Below are positions 43,050-53,210 of a stretch of DNA of 64,000 nt, piece by piece; position 1 is the first letter of the stretch, and the number at the start of each line of letters is the position of its first letter. The notes beneath the pieces were generated by a model. That model was not told the origin of the DNA, ran no database searches, and saw only the letters and a list, made by a program, of their open reading frames with translations. Source of the DNA: Ignavibacteriota bacterium (GTDB lineage Bacteria > Bacteroidota > Ignavibacteria > UBA10030); contig CAVSHO010000001.1 of assembly GCA_963727825.1 (NCBI GenBank), positions 192,001 through 256,000 on the forward strand, in the 5' to 3' direction. Both the position numbers and the translations under genes were made by a program.

Positions 43050-43924
43050 ATGAATTGCCGCACATTTCTTCAATTAATTCCTATTCTTGTAATGTTCCCC
43101 TTTTTCATTCAACAGAAAAAAAATGACGGTCGAAGATTCCTGTTGATCCGAACGAATTGATCTGCAAGAACAAATTCAATCTCGCCGATTCTCTGAAGTT
43201 GCGTGAGAAACCAATAAATGAAGTTGTTATTGCGATTGCAAAATCTTTCATCGGCACAGATTATACTGCCAATACCTTAGATGCGCCGGGCAAGGAACAG
43301 CTCATTGTCAATCTGCAAACACTCGACTGTGTAACTTTCTACGAAAACTCACTTGTGCTCGCGCGTTGTATCAAAAAGAACAAACTGACGTTTAACGATT
43401 ATAAAAAGGAACTCCAATTTGTCCGTTATCGTGGCGGCGTCATAGATGGCTATGCGAGCCGTCTCCATTACACGTCGGATTATTTTTTTGACAATGAAAA
43501 AAAATCTGTCTTAAAGGATGTAACGAAAGAACTTGGCGGAGTGCCAATCAATAAGAAAATCAATTTTATGTCCACACATCCGGATTTATATCTTCAATTG
43601 AAAAACTCCTCAGAGAACGTCAAAGAAATTAAAAAGATTGAAGATGAAATGAAAACGCGAACGACATACCACATTCCTAAAGCAAACATTAAAAGAATAG
43701 CATCGCTGATTAAGAACGGCGATATCATCGGAATCACCACGACAATTGATGGGTTGGATTGCACGCATACAGGCATTGCTATCTGGCAAAAAGGAAAACT
43801 GCATTTACTTCACGCGCCTGTTCCCGGCTCGAAAGTGCAAATCACTGAATTGCCGCTCTGGGATTATCTTGCAAAGATCAAAAAGGATGAAGGAATTATA
43901 GTTGCGCGTCCAATTGAACCATAG
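43050..43924 (+). CDS. DUF1460 (amidase-like, NlpC/P60 fold) protein; signal-peptide region frameshifted near 43115-43140
   Basis: 'Y.A.TL, L.VNL..LDCVTF.E, RYRGG...GY.SRLHY.SD, GLD.TH.G, LLHA'; upstream ATG 43050 encodes MNCRTFLQLIPILVMFPFF in another frame. Confidence 0.8.
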
Positions 43925-43940
43925 ATAAGCTGAGGATAAA

Positions 43941-44717
43941 TTGAGTGTAGCCTTAAAAATGCGAGATGAAGAGATTTGTGAAATGGCTCGATGCTTTCTT
44001 GAAAAGTATCAACCAAACACATTAAAGGTTCCACAACGCACTGATCTTTCAATTCTGTTAGACTTTATAAAAAAAGACTTTGGATTCTCATTTATTAGAA
44101 GCGATTTAGGCTCCGAAAATGACTCTAAAGTTCTCGGTTCAACTGATTTTCGGAACAAAACAATTTCCATTGATAGTTCATTCGAATCTGATGACTACAA
44201 CAAGTCAATTAGAGTCCCATTCGTGATCGCTCATGAGATTGGTCATTGCATTGTGCATGGTCCAAAGTACTCTGAATTGAAAATGGCAGGTGTTTTTGAT
44301 CAAGTCACTACAGATACGATGGATATGGTTACAGGAAAAAGAATTCTAAAAAATGAAAGAGATTTTATTGAACATCAAGCACATATTTTTGCCGCAAGTA
44401 TATTAGTTCCGGCTCAGACACTCAAAGCGGCATTGATAAAATCTCAAGAGAAAATTGGTATTAATAGAAAACGTGGCGTTATTTATTTAGATAAAAAGGG
44501 GTATAGTCACCGAGATTATCAACTCACTCTAATGGAGTTGAAGAGATTTTATTTTGTATCAAAACATGTACTAAGCATCAGATTACATCAGAACTCCCTA
44601 ATTGAAGGTCCAATTGAGAGAATTCCAAGTGTAGCAACTATATTTAAAAGAAATGGGATTAGATCAAATCAGAGTAAATTGGATAGAAGATTGATTCTTT
44701 TCATGATGGAAAAGTAA
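43941..44717 (+). CDS. ImmA/IrrE family metallo-endopeptidase
   Basis: 'F.IAHEIGH...H' and 'E.QA..FAA.IL.P'; TTG start with GAGGA SD. Confidence 0.85.
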   Translation: MSVALKMRDEEICEMARCFLEKYQPNTLKVPQRTDLSILLDFIKKDFGFSFIRSDLGSENDSKVLGSTDFRNKTISIDSSFESDDYNKSIRVPFVIAHEIGHCIVHGPKYSELKMAGVFDQVTTDTMDMVTGKRILKNERDFIEHQAHIFAASILVPAQTLKAALIKSQEKIGINRKRGVIYLDKKGYSHRDYQLTLMELKRFYFVSKHVLSIRLHQNSLIEGPIERIPSVATIFKRNGIRSNQSKLDRRLILFMMEK

Positions 44718-45259
44718 GTGAAGAAACCGAAAATACACTTTCTCGTTTCTCTATTGTACAGGGTGACATTACTACTCAATCCGTGGAAGCTATTGTGAAT
44801 GCAGCAAACAACTCTTTACTTGGCGGCGGCGGAGTGGATGGCGCAATTCATTATGCAGCTGGATCTGGTCTTTTAGAGGAATGCCGCACGCTGGGCGGAT
44901 GTGAAACCGGCGGTGCCAAAATCACAAAGGGTTATAATCTTCCAGCAAAATTTATTATTCATACAGTTGGTCCAATATGGCAGGGCGGTAATCATAATGA
45001 GGACAAACTGCTGGCAAATTGTTACAAGAATAGCTTTGCACTTGCACGGAAACATAATATTGTCGTCATTGCATTTCCATCCATTAGTACAGGCATTTAT
45101 CGATTTCCTATTGAACGAGCTTCGCGTATTGCATTGCACGAAATTATCTAGGAACTTGAAACCAACACAAACCTTGAACGCGTTATCATCGTATGCTTTG
45201 ATAAAGCGACATACGAGGCATATTTAGCAGCCGAAAAGGAATTATCTAAAAAGAAATAG
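44703..45259 (+). pseudogene. Macrodomain protein (YmdB-like ADP-ribose/O-acetyl-ADP-ribose hydrolase) with in-frame TAG at 45149-45151 and no clean start
   Basis: 'VQGDIT....[20 protein letters not shown]', 'IHTVGP', '[12 protein letters not shown]'; the frame continues after TAG as ELETNTNLERVIIVCFDKATYEAY to TAG 45257-45259. Confidence 0.85.
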
Positions 45260-45280
45260 TGTTTTAAGAATAGAGATACG

Positions 45281-46265
45281 GTGAAAATGAAATTCAGAAA
45301 ATACAGTATCTTACTTGTCATCTGCTTTTTTGCCCGGTCGTTTGCTCAAAAACCAATTGTTAGTCCGCGCGATTCAGTGAAAATCAATTTCAACGGGAAA
45401 ATAATTGCAATTAACTATGGCAAACCTTCAATGCTTGGGCGGAAAATATTTGGAGAGTTTGTGCCGTACTATAAAGTGTGGCGCACCGGCGCCGGCGCAG
45501 CTACTGTGTTGACAACTGAAGCAGATCTTGAAGTGGATGGGGCGGTAGTACCGCGCGGCGCATATTCTCTATACACGCTTCCAGCTGAAGATCGCTGGAA
45601 ACTCATCATCAATAAACAAACAGGGCAGTGGGGCACTACTTACATGCCTCAGCTTGATCTTGCGCGCATCGATTTGAAAATTAAAAAACTAAAAACACCG
45701 ATTGAAGATTGCACATTCAAGCTGGAAAAAAATGGCATCAGCAGCGGGACACTAAAAATTGAATGGGAAAACACGTCGCTCTCTGTTCCATTTCACATTA
45801 GCAAGGATTCTCTGGTACCAAGTCCGCCGGATTCATCAGTAATTGTTATAAACGATAAACGATTATCAGTAAATTATTGCCGCCCATCTATGCGCGGCAG
45901 AAAAATTATGGGCAGCGTGGTTCAATACGGCGTTGTCTGGCGAACAGGCGCAAACGCGGCGACAAGCTTTTAAAACACAGACAGATATTATTTTGTCTGG
46001 TGTTAGGATACCGCGCGGGTCTTATACACTCTACACTCTTCCATCTTCTAAACAGTGGAAGCTCATCGTCAATAAGCAATCGGGGCAATGGGGAACAGTG
46101 TATAATGAAAAATTCGATTTTGCCCGCATTCCGCTGAAGAAAACAATATTGAAACAGCCAGTAGAAAAATTCACAATTGCCTTAGAACGCATTTCAGAAA
46201 AAACCGGTGTGATGAAATTGGCATGGGAGAAAACCCAGCTTTCTATAGACTTTCAATTAAAATAG
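45281..46265 (+). CDS. Tandem DUF2911 domain secreted protein; one frameshift near 45970
   Basis: Two repeats of 'SP.DS...Y..P.M.GRKI.G..V.Y..VWRTGA..AT...YSLYTLP...W.LI.NKQ.GQWGT'; removing one T from T4 joins the ORFs. Confidence 0.85.
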
Positions 46266-46275
46266 GAGAAAAGCT

Positions 46276-46506
46276 ATGGCAGCAAAGATTACGATAAAAA
46301 ACAACAGCAGTATTCGCGTAGAAGGTGAGTTTGAGTTGTTCGATATAGACGGCAATAAATTTGATCTTGCAGGGCGCGCATCAATCTCTTTGTGCCGATG
46401 CGGCCAGAGTAAAGACAAACCATTTTGTGATGGCACCCATCGCGCTTGCAATTTCCAATCAGACGTTAAAGCACACAAACTACCGCCAGTTACGCCGAAA
46501 GCATAG
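46276..46506 (+). CDS. CDGSH iron-sulfur domain protein
   Basis: LCRCGQSKDKPFCDGTH. Confidence 0.93.
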   Translation: MAAKITIKNNSSIRVEGEFELFDIDGNKFDLAGRASISLCRCGQSKDKPFCDGTHRACNFQSDVKAHKLPPVTPKA

Positions 46507-46530
46507 TTGATATAAAGGCAGAAGAATAAT

Positions 46531-47352
46531 TTAGATTGTGCTAGTTCGCTGCCTTATTACTTCATATAGAAACACTGCGCTTGCACTTGCTACATTAAGC
46601 GAATCTACGCCATACTGCATCGGAATTTCTACCGGCATATCGCATACTGAAAGAACCTGCGTTGAAACTCCGTTGCCTTCACTTCCAAACACAAGACAAC
46701 AATTATCGGAGAAATCTGTGCGTTGAATGCAATGTTCTTCTGTGTGCGGATGTGCTGCAAATATTTTAAATTGATGAAAGCGTTGAAGTATAGTTAGTGT
46801 TTCTACGAGATTCGTGCAATGAACTATCGGCATTTTGAATACTGTCCCCATAGAATTTCTCACCGCGCGGCGTAAGTAGGGACTGCTGGATGTCTCGCCA
46901 ACAAGAATTGCTTGCACACCAAATGCCGTGCAATTCCGTACAAGCACACCGATGTTTTCAGCATTGGCTAATCCGTCCATTGCAACAAATAAACGCGGTG
47001 ATAACGACCGTGTTAACACCGAATCAAGCGTTTCTTGTACTGGAATTTTTCCAAGCGCCATAATACTTTGATGCAAATTGTATCCGACGATTGTGTTAAG
47101 TAATTCTTTTTTTCCGATAAACACAGTTATTTGTTCGGGACGAGCGGCAAGTCGTTCCCGGTAATCTTCTAACCATTCCGGTGTTATCAGGACAGAGACA
47201 ATTTTATGATCACTCTCTAAAAGTCTCTGAACGACGAATGTTCCTTCCGCTATAAACATGCCTTTGCGAAACTGCTCGACCGATTGACGCAGAGTGCGAT
47301 ACGGTGTCAAGTCAGGATTATTGAGAGATGTAATGGAAACAGTTGTAATCAT
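46531..47352 (-). CDS. TrmH/SpoU family RNA methyltransferase
   Basis: FIAEG, N.ENIG...R, RRAVR.SMG, FGSEG.G, IPM..GVDSLNVA.A. Confidence 0.93.
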   Translation of the reverse strand: MITTVSITSLNNPDLTPYRTLRQSVEQFRKGMFIAEGTFVVQRLLESDHKIVSVLITPEWLEDYRERLAARPEQITVFIGKKELLNTIVGYNLHQSIMALGKIPVQETLDSVLTRSLSPRLFVAMDGLANAENIGVLVRNCTAFGVQAILVGETSSSPYLRRAVRNSMGTVFKMPIVHCTNLVETLTILQRFHQFKIFAAHPHTEEHCIQRTDFSDNCCLVFGSEGNGVSTQVLSVCDMPVEIPMQYGVDSLNVASASAVFLYEVIRQRTSTI

Positions 47353-47446
47353 GATTATTTTAGCGTAGAAATGGTTTGACAAAAAATGTTTTCTCGACGT
47401 AATTATTCAACATGATCTTGGATTGGACTAAATTTTTCGAATATTA

Positions 47447-47615
47447 TCTCCTCCCCTTATAGGGGAGGACTTCCACCAGAGGCGGATGCGCCTCTGGTGC
47501 AAAGGTGGGGTCATTTCTTTTATTTGACCTCACCCTCCGCCAACCAGCCCGCTGCGCGTTCTGGCGGGAAAGCAGGCGGACAAGTAACCTTCTCCTATTA
47601 GGAGAGGGAATTATT
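47447..47615. repeat. Composite REP-like element: two inverted arms, each interrupted by a GC-rich palindrome
   Basis: Arms ctccccttataggggag...ggtggggtca and tgacctcaccct...ttctcctattaggagaggg; inserts at 47473-47500 and 47537-47585. Confidence 0.8.
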
Positions 47616-47767
47616 TTGCTATTGACGCAAAAATACTAAGTAGTCATATCTTGATTAAAATACAAAGAAGTCGGCACCAAAACTAATTGCAAAATTAACA
47701 TTTTAGATGAACCGAATTATTGATATCATGCAATAAAAAAGTTTATTAATGGTTAAATAGGGTCTCA

Positions 47768-48652
47768 ATGAAATCCGCATTTAATAAAAAGAATATCACT
47801 TCTCTTCCCAACACTCCCGGGGTCTATATTTTTTATGGCGTCGAAGACATTCTGCTGTACGTTGGCAAAAGTAAAACGATCCGCGCACGTGTTCGCTCGC
47901 ACTTTGCCGCTCGAGACGAACGCTGGTTGACAAAGCGCATTTGCCGCATCGAAGTTCGAGAAACAGCCGGCGAGCTTGGCGCGCTTTTGTTAGAATCCCG
48001 GCTCATTAAAGAATTACGGCCGATGTACAATGTGCGTTCAAGACAGCCGCGGCGAATTATTATTGCAAGACGCGTAGATAATGAACAAGGATACACAACG
48101 GTCAAATTGGAAGCAGTAGACTATCTCGATATCAAACCGGACTCGCCCATACTCGGTATCTTCAAACATAAAACGCAGGCAAAGGAATTTCTTGATACGG
48201 TCGCCAAAACGCACAGGCTGTGTCCGAAACTTTTACGATTAGAAAATTCCGGCAGTTATTGCTTCTCGTACCACCTTGGACAATGTGACGGCGCCTGTAT
48301 GGGAGAAGAAGATGTTACAACTTACAATGCACGTGTGGAAGCGGCATTTGAAGCGCGGCGCATTATTGCGTGGCCTTTTAATGGTCCAGTAACTATAGAG
48401 GAAATCTCGAAGGATAAAAAACTGCGCGAAATATTTGTGATTGATAACTGGTGTTTAATCGAGAGCTACAAAGGCGACTGTAATACCGGAAAGAAATTCC
48501 GGGTATCGCAGAAATCTTCTCTGCATCGCTTTGATTACGACAGCTACAAAATCCTTTTCAGCTATGTGATGGAGGAGGGAAATAAAGTCAAGATAAAAAA
48601 ACAAACAAGTCAACACGCCAATAAAATTCGCACGCCATTAGAGACAGTCTAA
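47768..48652 (+). CDS. GIY-YIG nuclease of UvrC/Cho N-terminal type
   Basis: 'LP.TPGVY.FY......LYVGKS...R.RV.SHF', 'GELGALLLESRLIKEL.P.YN', Cys cluster 'C..YHLG.C.GAC.G.E'. Confidence 0.88.
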   Translation: MKSAFNKKNITSLPNTPGVYIFYGVEDILLYVGKSKTIRARVRSHFAARDERWLTKRICRIEVRETAGELGALLLESRLIKELRPMYNVRSRQPRRIIIARRVDNEQGYTTVKLEAVDYLDIKPDSPILGIFKHKTQAKEFLDTVAKTHRLCPKLLRLENSGSYCFSYHLGQCDGACMGEEDVTTYNARVEAAFEARRIIAWPFNGPVTIEEISKDKKLREIFVIDNWCLIESYKGDCNTGKKFRVSQKSSLHRFDYDSYKILFSYVMEEGNKVKIKKQTSQHANKIRTPLETV

Positions 48653-48686
48653 AGAACTAATTCCATACAAAATGTGTTAAACCAGT

Positions 48687-49337
48687 ATGGAAAACAGCAC
48701 TGCTTTACAACAATCTTGTAGTGAACGATTATACAAAATTGCTTTTGGGCTTGCTGTATTCACAATTCTTTACAATATAGCTGAAGGACTTGTTTCTGTG
48801 TACTTTGGGTATAGCGATAGCAGTCTAACCCTGTTCGGGTTTGGTGCTGACAGTTTTATAGAAGTTCTCTCTGGACTTGGTATAGCACATATGGTTTTAC
48901 GAATTCAGCGACAGCCGGATAGTAGCCGCGACAATTTTGAACGAACGGCGTTAACCATTACCGGCTATTCATTCTATGCATTAGTCTTCGGATTAGTTAC
49001 AACAAGCGGATATAATCTCTGGATAGGACGGAAACCTGAGACGACTCTTTGGGGTGTGATTATCTCAATAATATCAATTGCCGTGATGTGGACTTTGTTC
49101 TACAGCAAAACAAAAATTGGCAGACAGTTAGACTCAAATGCTATGCTTGCAGATGCTGAATGTACAAAAGTCTGCATTTCTATGTCCGTCATTTTGCTTG
49201 TATCAAGCGGCGTCTATGAATTAACGAAGTTTGCTCTTATAGATACAATAGGAACGGTTGGACTCGCGTATCTGTCTTTCAAAGAAGGGCGAGAATGTTT
49301 TAAGAAGGCAAAAAAGAATAACCATTGTTCTTGCTGA
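48687..49337 (+). CDS. Cation transporter (CDF/TMEM163-like)
   Basis: 'YN.AEG.VS', 'LFGFG.DSFIEV.SG', 'ADA.CT'; C-terminal HCSC. Confidence 0.8.
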   Translation: MENSTALQQSCSERLYKIAFGLAVFTILYNIAEGLVSVYFGYSDSSLTLFGFGADSFIEVLSGLGIAHMVLRIQRQPDSSRDNFERTALTITGYSFYALVFGLVTTSGYNLWIGRKPETTLWGVIISIISIAVMWTLFYSKTKIGRQLDSNAMLADAECTKVCISMSVILLVSSGVYELTKFALIDTIGTVGLAYLSFKEGRECFKKAKKNNHCSC

Positions 49338-49384
49338 AGCGCAAGAATTACTGCCAGATTTCGCATCTCTCTATTAAATCATTT

Positions 49385-51109
49385 TTAAAATGGTCTGCAA
49401 AATCTTAGAATGAATTGTACCGGTGCTGGGTGATCGGTGCGCCATGCAACACCTATGCGAAATGAACCGCTCCGGTTTGCCAGTGCTATGCCAAAGTCAT
49501 TCTGAAAATCGTTTAACTTAACCGCCTCAACACCTTCTAATGCCGAAGCCGCTGGTATTGCATTCCGTGTGAGTCCGGCATCTGATAAAAGCAAAATATT
49601 AACGTTATGGAAAATCCCCATAGGCCAGAAATCTAATTCCTCAAGAAAGCCGCCGTTGACTATCAGTTCTGCGTTGATGAGAAGCATACGGTTACCGATT
49701 TCAGATTTAAAGGGAAAGGCATTTATCGTACCCAAACCGCCTAACTCGAACATCTTTTGCAGCGGGAGATCACCATCAGAAGTACCGGCGCGCAAACGAA
49801 TATTAAAATTATCGTACCTACCAAGCGGTTGAAAACGGCGCAAGTCAAGGATGTACTGATCGAATTCAAACTCGCCGCCTAAATTTTTCTTCGCAAACTC
49901 AGCAGAAACATACAAGCTCCATCCTTCGGGTCCATGGCTCGTATTTGAAATAGTACTGACGCCGCCGCTCGCGATCATGCTGCGCATTTTACCCGGATCG
50001 ATAGCTGGATTTATACGAAACTCTTTGCCTCCGCCAAATATTGACCAATCAACTTTATTTGTCAGCGAATCGTATGTGTCCGCCAAATATGCGAACTTCA
50101 GTTCGTTTTTCAGGTAATCGTTTTTGGAATAATATGCTACATGTAATGTGTAGCCGTTCCGCTCAAAGTAATTGCGAAAATCTTCATGAATTAATAATGC
50201 CGCTGCTGTGTTTTCGTGCATTGAAATGATCCATTTATCTTTCGTATCAGTAAGACTGTATCCCTCGGCGCCCAGCTCGATAATGCCGCTTCCTTCATTT
50301 GTGAGGATTGCCAATTGCCGTACCAATCCAAGATTACCGCGCCACGTATGTGACTTCACTCCCCATCCTCCGGAACCGTACATGTTCCAATTTCGTTCTC
50401 CATCCCAATTATATTTTTTTTCGGAACTAAGACCGAGGAACACACCTTCTACTCGGTTATATCGGAAAATAAAATTATCTAAATTCATTTGCTCGTCTGA
50501 CCATGGTACATCGAACGTACGCGCGGTTTGCGAAAATTTTCTACGCGATGGACGAAAATTCAATTCTTCTTTTCTGGAATAATCTTCGAACCCTTTGATA
50601 ACTGCGCCGTCTTCTTTCAGTATGCTTCCATTTACAACACGCGCACTGCCTGTAATCTTGCCAGTGCGTTCCATATATAAATCGCCGCCTACCACCAGCA
50701 CGTTGCCATTTATTGTTCCATATACAGTCAGATTGCCGCCCTTCACAACAACATTATCGTCTATTGTTTCAGACTCTTCAATCACCTTATCACCGGAAAA
50801 TGATTGAGCACTGGTGTCGATTTCGCTGTCAGTGATGTTTGGTAACGTATGAGATGTAGATTCGATAGTGTCGTCTTCTGTAATTTGCTTATCATCGAAA
50901 GGCGAAGTCCACCGGTTAACTATATTGTTGACCATGTTATCAATATTGTTCCCAACATTATTTATTTCTTCTCCAATTTTATCGGCTTCGTATCCTATGC
51001 TCTCACCGATATCGTCGTCGTTCGTTTTCTTATGATTTGTTTGTGCGTTGGCAGAAAAAAATGATAAGATCAATGCGATGGCAATAATAAATATGATTAA
51101 GTTCTTCAT
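49385..51109 (-). CDS. Omp85/BamA-TamA-like outer-membrane protein with N-terminal beta-helix (bactofilin-like) segment
   Basis: Signal peptide at 51109; 'VVVKGGNLTVYGTINGNVLVVGGDL' repeats; barrel 'RYNRVEG', 'P.Q..F.LGG.GT..AF', C-terminal Phe. Confidence 0.7.
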   Translation of the reverse strand: MKNLIIFIIAIALILSFFSANAQTNHKKTNDDDIGESIGYEADKIGEEINNVGNNIDNMVNNIVNRWTSPFDDKQITEDDTIESTSHTLPNITDSEIDTSAQSFSGDKVIEESETIDDNVVVKGGNLTVYGTINGNVLVVGGDLYMERTGKITGSARVVNGSILKEDGAVIKGFEDYSRKEELNFRPSRRKFSQTARTFDVPWSDEQMNLDNFIFRYNRVEGVFLGLSSEKKYNWDGERNWNMYGSGGWGVKSHTWRGNLGLVRQLAILTNEGSGIIELGAEGYSLTDTKDKWIISMHENTAAALLIHEDFRNYFERNGYTLHVAYYSKNDYLKNELKFAYLADTYDSLTNKVDWSIFGGGKEFRINPAIDPGKMRSMIASGGVSTISNTSHGPEGWSLYVSAEFAKKNLGGEFEFDQYILDLRRFQPLGRYDNFNIRLRAGTSDGDLPLQKMFELGGLGTINAFPFKSEIGNRMLLINAELIVNGGFLEELDFWPMGIFHNVNILLLSDAGLTRNAIPAASALEGVEAVKLNDFQNDFGIALANRSGSFRIGVAWRTDHPAPVQFILRFCRPF

Positions 51110-51273
51110 GGGCGTACCATAATGTTTCAAAAACACCTTTTGCAATATTACGATATAATTGAACCCAAAGTTACAGAATTCTATTTGCAAGATAATTTGA
51201 GAACGGCTGATATTCAATTCTTTTACGAAAATTAGTATATTATAATGAACTTGTATAATAGAGGAGGAAAAAG

Positions 51274-52023
51274 ATGAGACTAGCAATTAACATCGACCAT
51301 GTTGCAACATTGCGAAATGCACGCGGAGGATACGATCCGGATCCAGTGAAAGCGGCGCTTATTTGCGAGGAAGCCGGTGCTGTTGGTATTGTGTGCCATT
51401 TGCGTGAAGACCGGCGACACATGAATGATGATGATGTAAAACGCCTCCGCTCCATGATCAAGAAAAAACTCGACCTTGAAATGGCAGCCACCGAGGAAAT
51501 TATCGGTATTGCCATTAAAATAAAACCTGATCTTGTAACGCTTGTGCCGGAACGCCGTATGGAACTTACAACCGAAGGCGGGTTAGATGTGGTCGCGCAG
51601 AAGAAATATCTCAGTGAAGTTGTTAAGCAATTCAAACAAAATAAAATTCCAGTGAGCTTGTTCATTGATCCCACAGAAGCACAAGTGCGTGCATCAGCAG
51701 ATATCGGAACGGATATGATAGAAATTCATACCGGCGAATATGCCGAAGCAAAAACCGAAAGCGAAGTGAGGGAACAATTCCAGCGAATTCAGGAAGCCGC
51801 AAAACTTGGCAAATCGCTCAAGCTTGGCGTCAATGCCGGCCATGGATTAGATTATGAGAATGTTGCATCGGTTGCGGCTATCCGCGAAATTGACGAAATG
51901 AGTATCGGTCACGTCGTAATCGTACGAGCATTGTTCGTTGGGTTAGATCAAGCAGTGCGTGAGATGATACATTTGGTTGAAGGAAGAACAAGCAAGATAA
52001 GGCGACTGATGGAAGAAGAGTAG
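51274..52023 (+). CDS. pdxJ: Pyridoxine 5'-phosphate synthase
   Basis: NIDHVATLRNAR, HLREDRRH, TTEGGLD, EIHTG.YA, NAGHGL. Confidence 0.98.
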   Translation: MRLAINIDHVATLRNARGGYDPDPVKAALICEEAGAVGIVCHLREDRRHMNDDDVKRLRSMIKKKLDLEMAATEEIIGIAIKIKPDLVTLVPERRMELTTEGGLDVVAQKKYLSEVVKQFKQNKIPVSLFIDPTEAQVRASADIGTDMIEIHTGEYAEAKTESEVREQFQRIQEAAKLGKSLKLGVNAGHGLDYENVASVAAIREIDEMSIGHVVIVRALFVGLDQAVREMIHLVEGRTSKIRRLMEEE

Positions 52024-52070
52024 GAGTGAAGAGATTATATCAACTCAAAATCAAGAAGTTGACTCACTAT

Positions 52071-53058
52071 CTATACTTTCATCGCTTCATCCAGCACAAG
52101 CTGATTTTTCAATCCTTCTTCTCCTGGCACAGGTAAAGCAGTATTATTGAGTATCGAATCGGAGAAGAGAGTTATTTCTTTTTCATATAGATTCGGAACA
52201 ATAATATTTTCCTCTCTTGTTTCTGCTGCCGTGCCATTTTTCCCTAACACAATCTTCAATGGAAGGGTTAAATTACTTGATGTAAAGTTTTCAGCATAAA
52301 GGATACCTTCCTGTCCAATTACTTCTATAATAGACCGGCGGAACGATGTAACAAAAGAACAATATATGCTTGCCGGCGTTCCTTGCGAAAACTTGAGTGC
52401 CAAAAGCGATGTCTGTTCTGTTGCGGTATCTGTTGGTATTGGTGCAAGCTGACTCTTCACTGAAATAACATTGTCATCTAATAAGTAACGGATAGTATCT
52501 AAACAGTGAACGCCAATATCGTAAGTCGGCCCGCCGCCTGCAATTTTTTTGTCTCGTAACCATTGCCGTTATTGAAAGGCGTGCATCGTAAATATATTCT
52601 GCTTTCACAAATTCAACTTTGCCAATAATATCCGAACGAATTAATTCCTTTATACGGATAATAATGGGAGAGAGGCGAACCATTTGCCCGACCATCAGCT
52701 TCACATTCTTGCTGCGGCAGACTTCGATCATCTGCTTGGCTTCTGCAACATTCATCGCCATTGGTTTTTCCACGAGAACATGCTTGCCGGCGAGTGCGGC
52801 TGTGATTGTATCCTGCGCATGCTGGACTACTGCGGAAGCGACAAACACTGCATCGATATCCGGATGGTTTGCTAATTTTTCTGCGGAATCAAACGCCAGC
52901 GGGACATGAAATGCACGCGCTTTTTCTGCAGCGTCAGTGAGCGAACGCTTCTGAAGCGCGACCAATTCCGAGTTTGTCGATGCTTGAATTGCAGGTGCGA
53001 CAGTACGTTCAGCAAAGTTTCCGAAGCCAAGAATACCATAACGAACTTTTCGTGCCAT
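52071..53058 (-). CDS. Gfo/Idh/MocA family oxidoreductase; one frameshift near 52570
   Basis: GILGFG, GKHVLVEKPMA; removing one base restores RQWLRDKKIAGGGPTYDIGVHCLD leading into ORF 52071-52460. Confidence 0.88.
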
Positions 53059-53210
53059 CTCTTCCTCCGTATCAGGATTATCTAAATTAAAAATACGGAA
53101 GAATGCTTATGAACCCAAATAGATTATTCTTTTAATTCCCATTGTTGAATCTCTCTTGTAGAACTTGTAGATTATGCCGTAACATTCCAATAACTTTTTA
53201 TGAGTCAGCA

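Noticed and set aside
45149-45151. Pyrrolysine or genome-wide TAG recoding
   Set aside because: Other genes here end normally in TAG (e.g. DUF4340, udg, pdxJ), and no pyl genes are visible.
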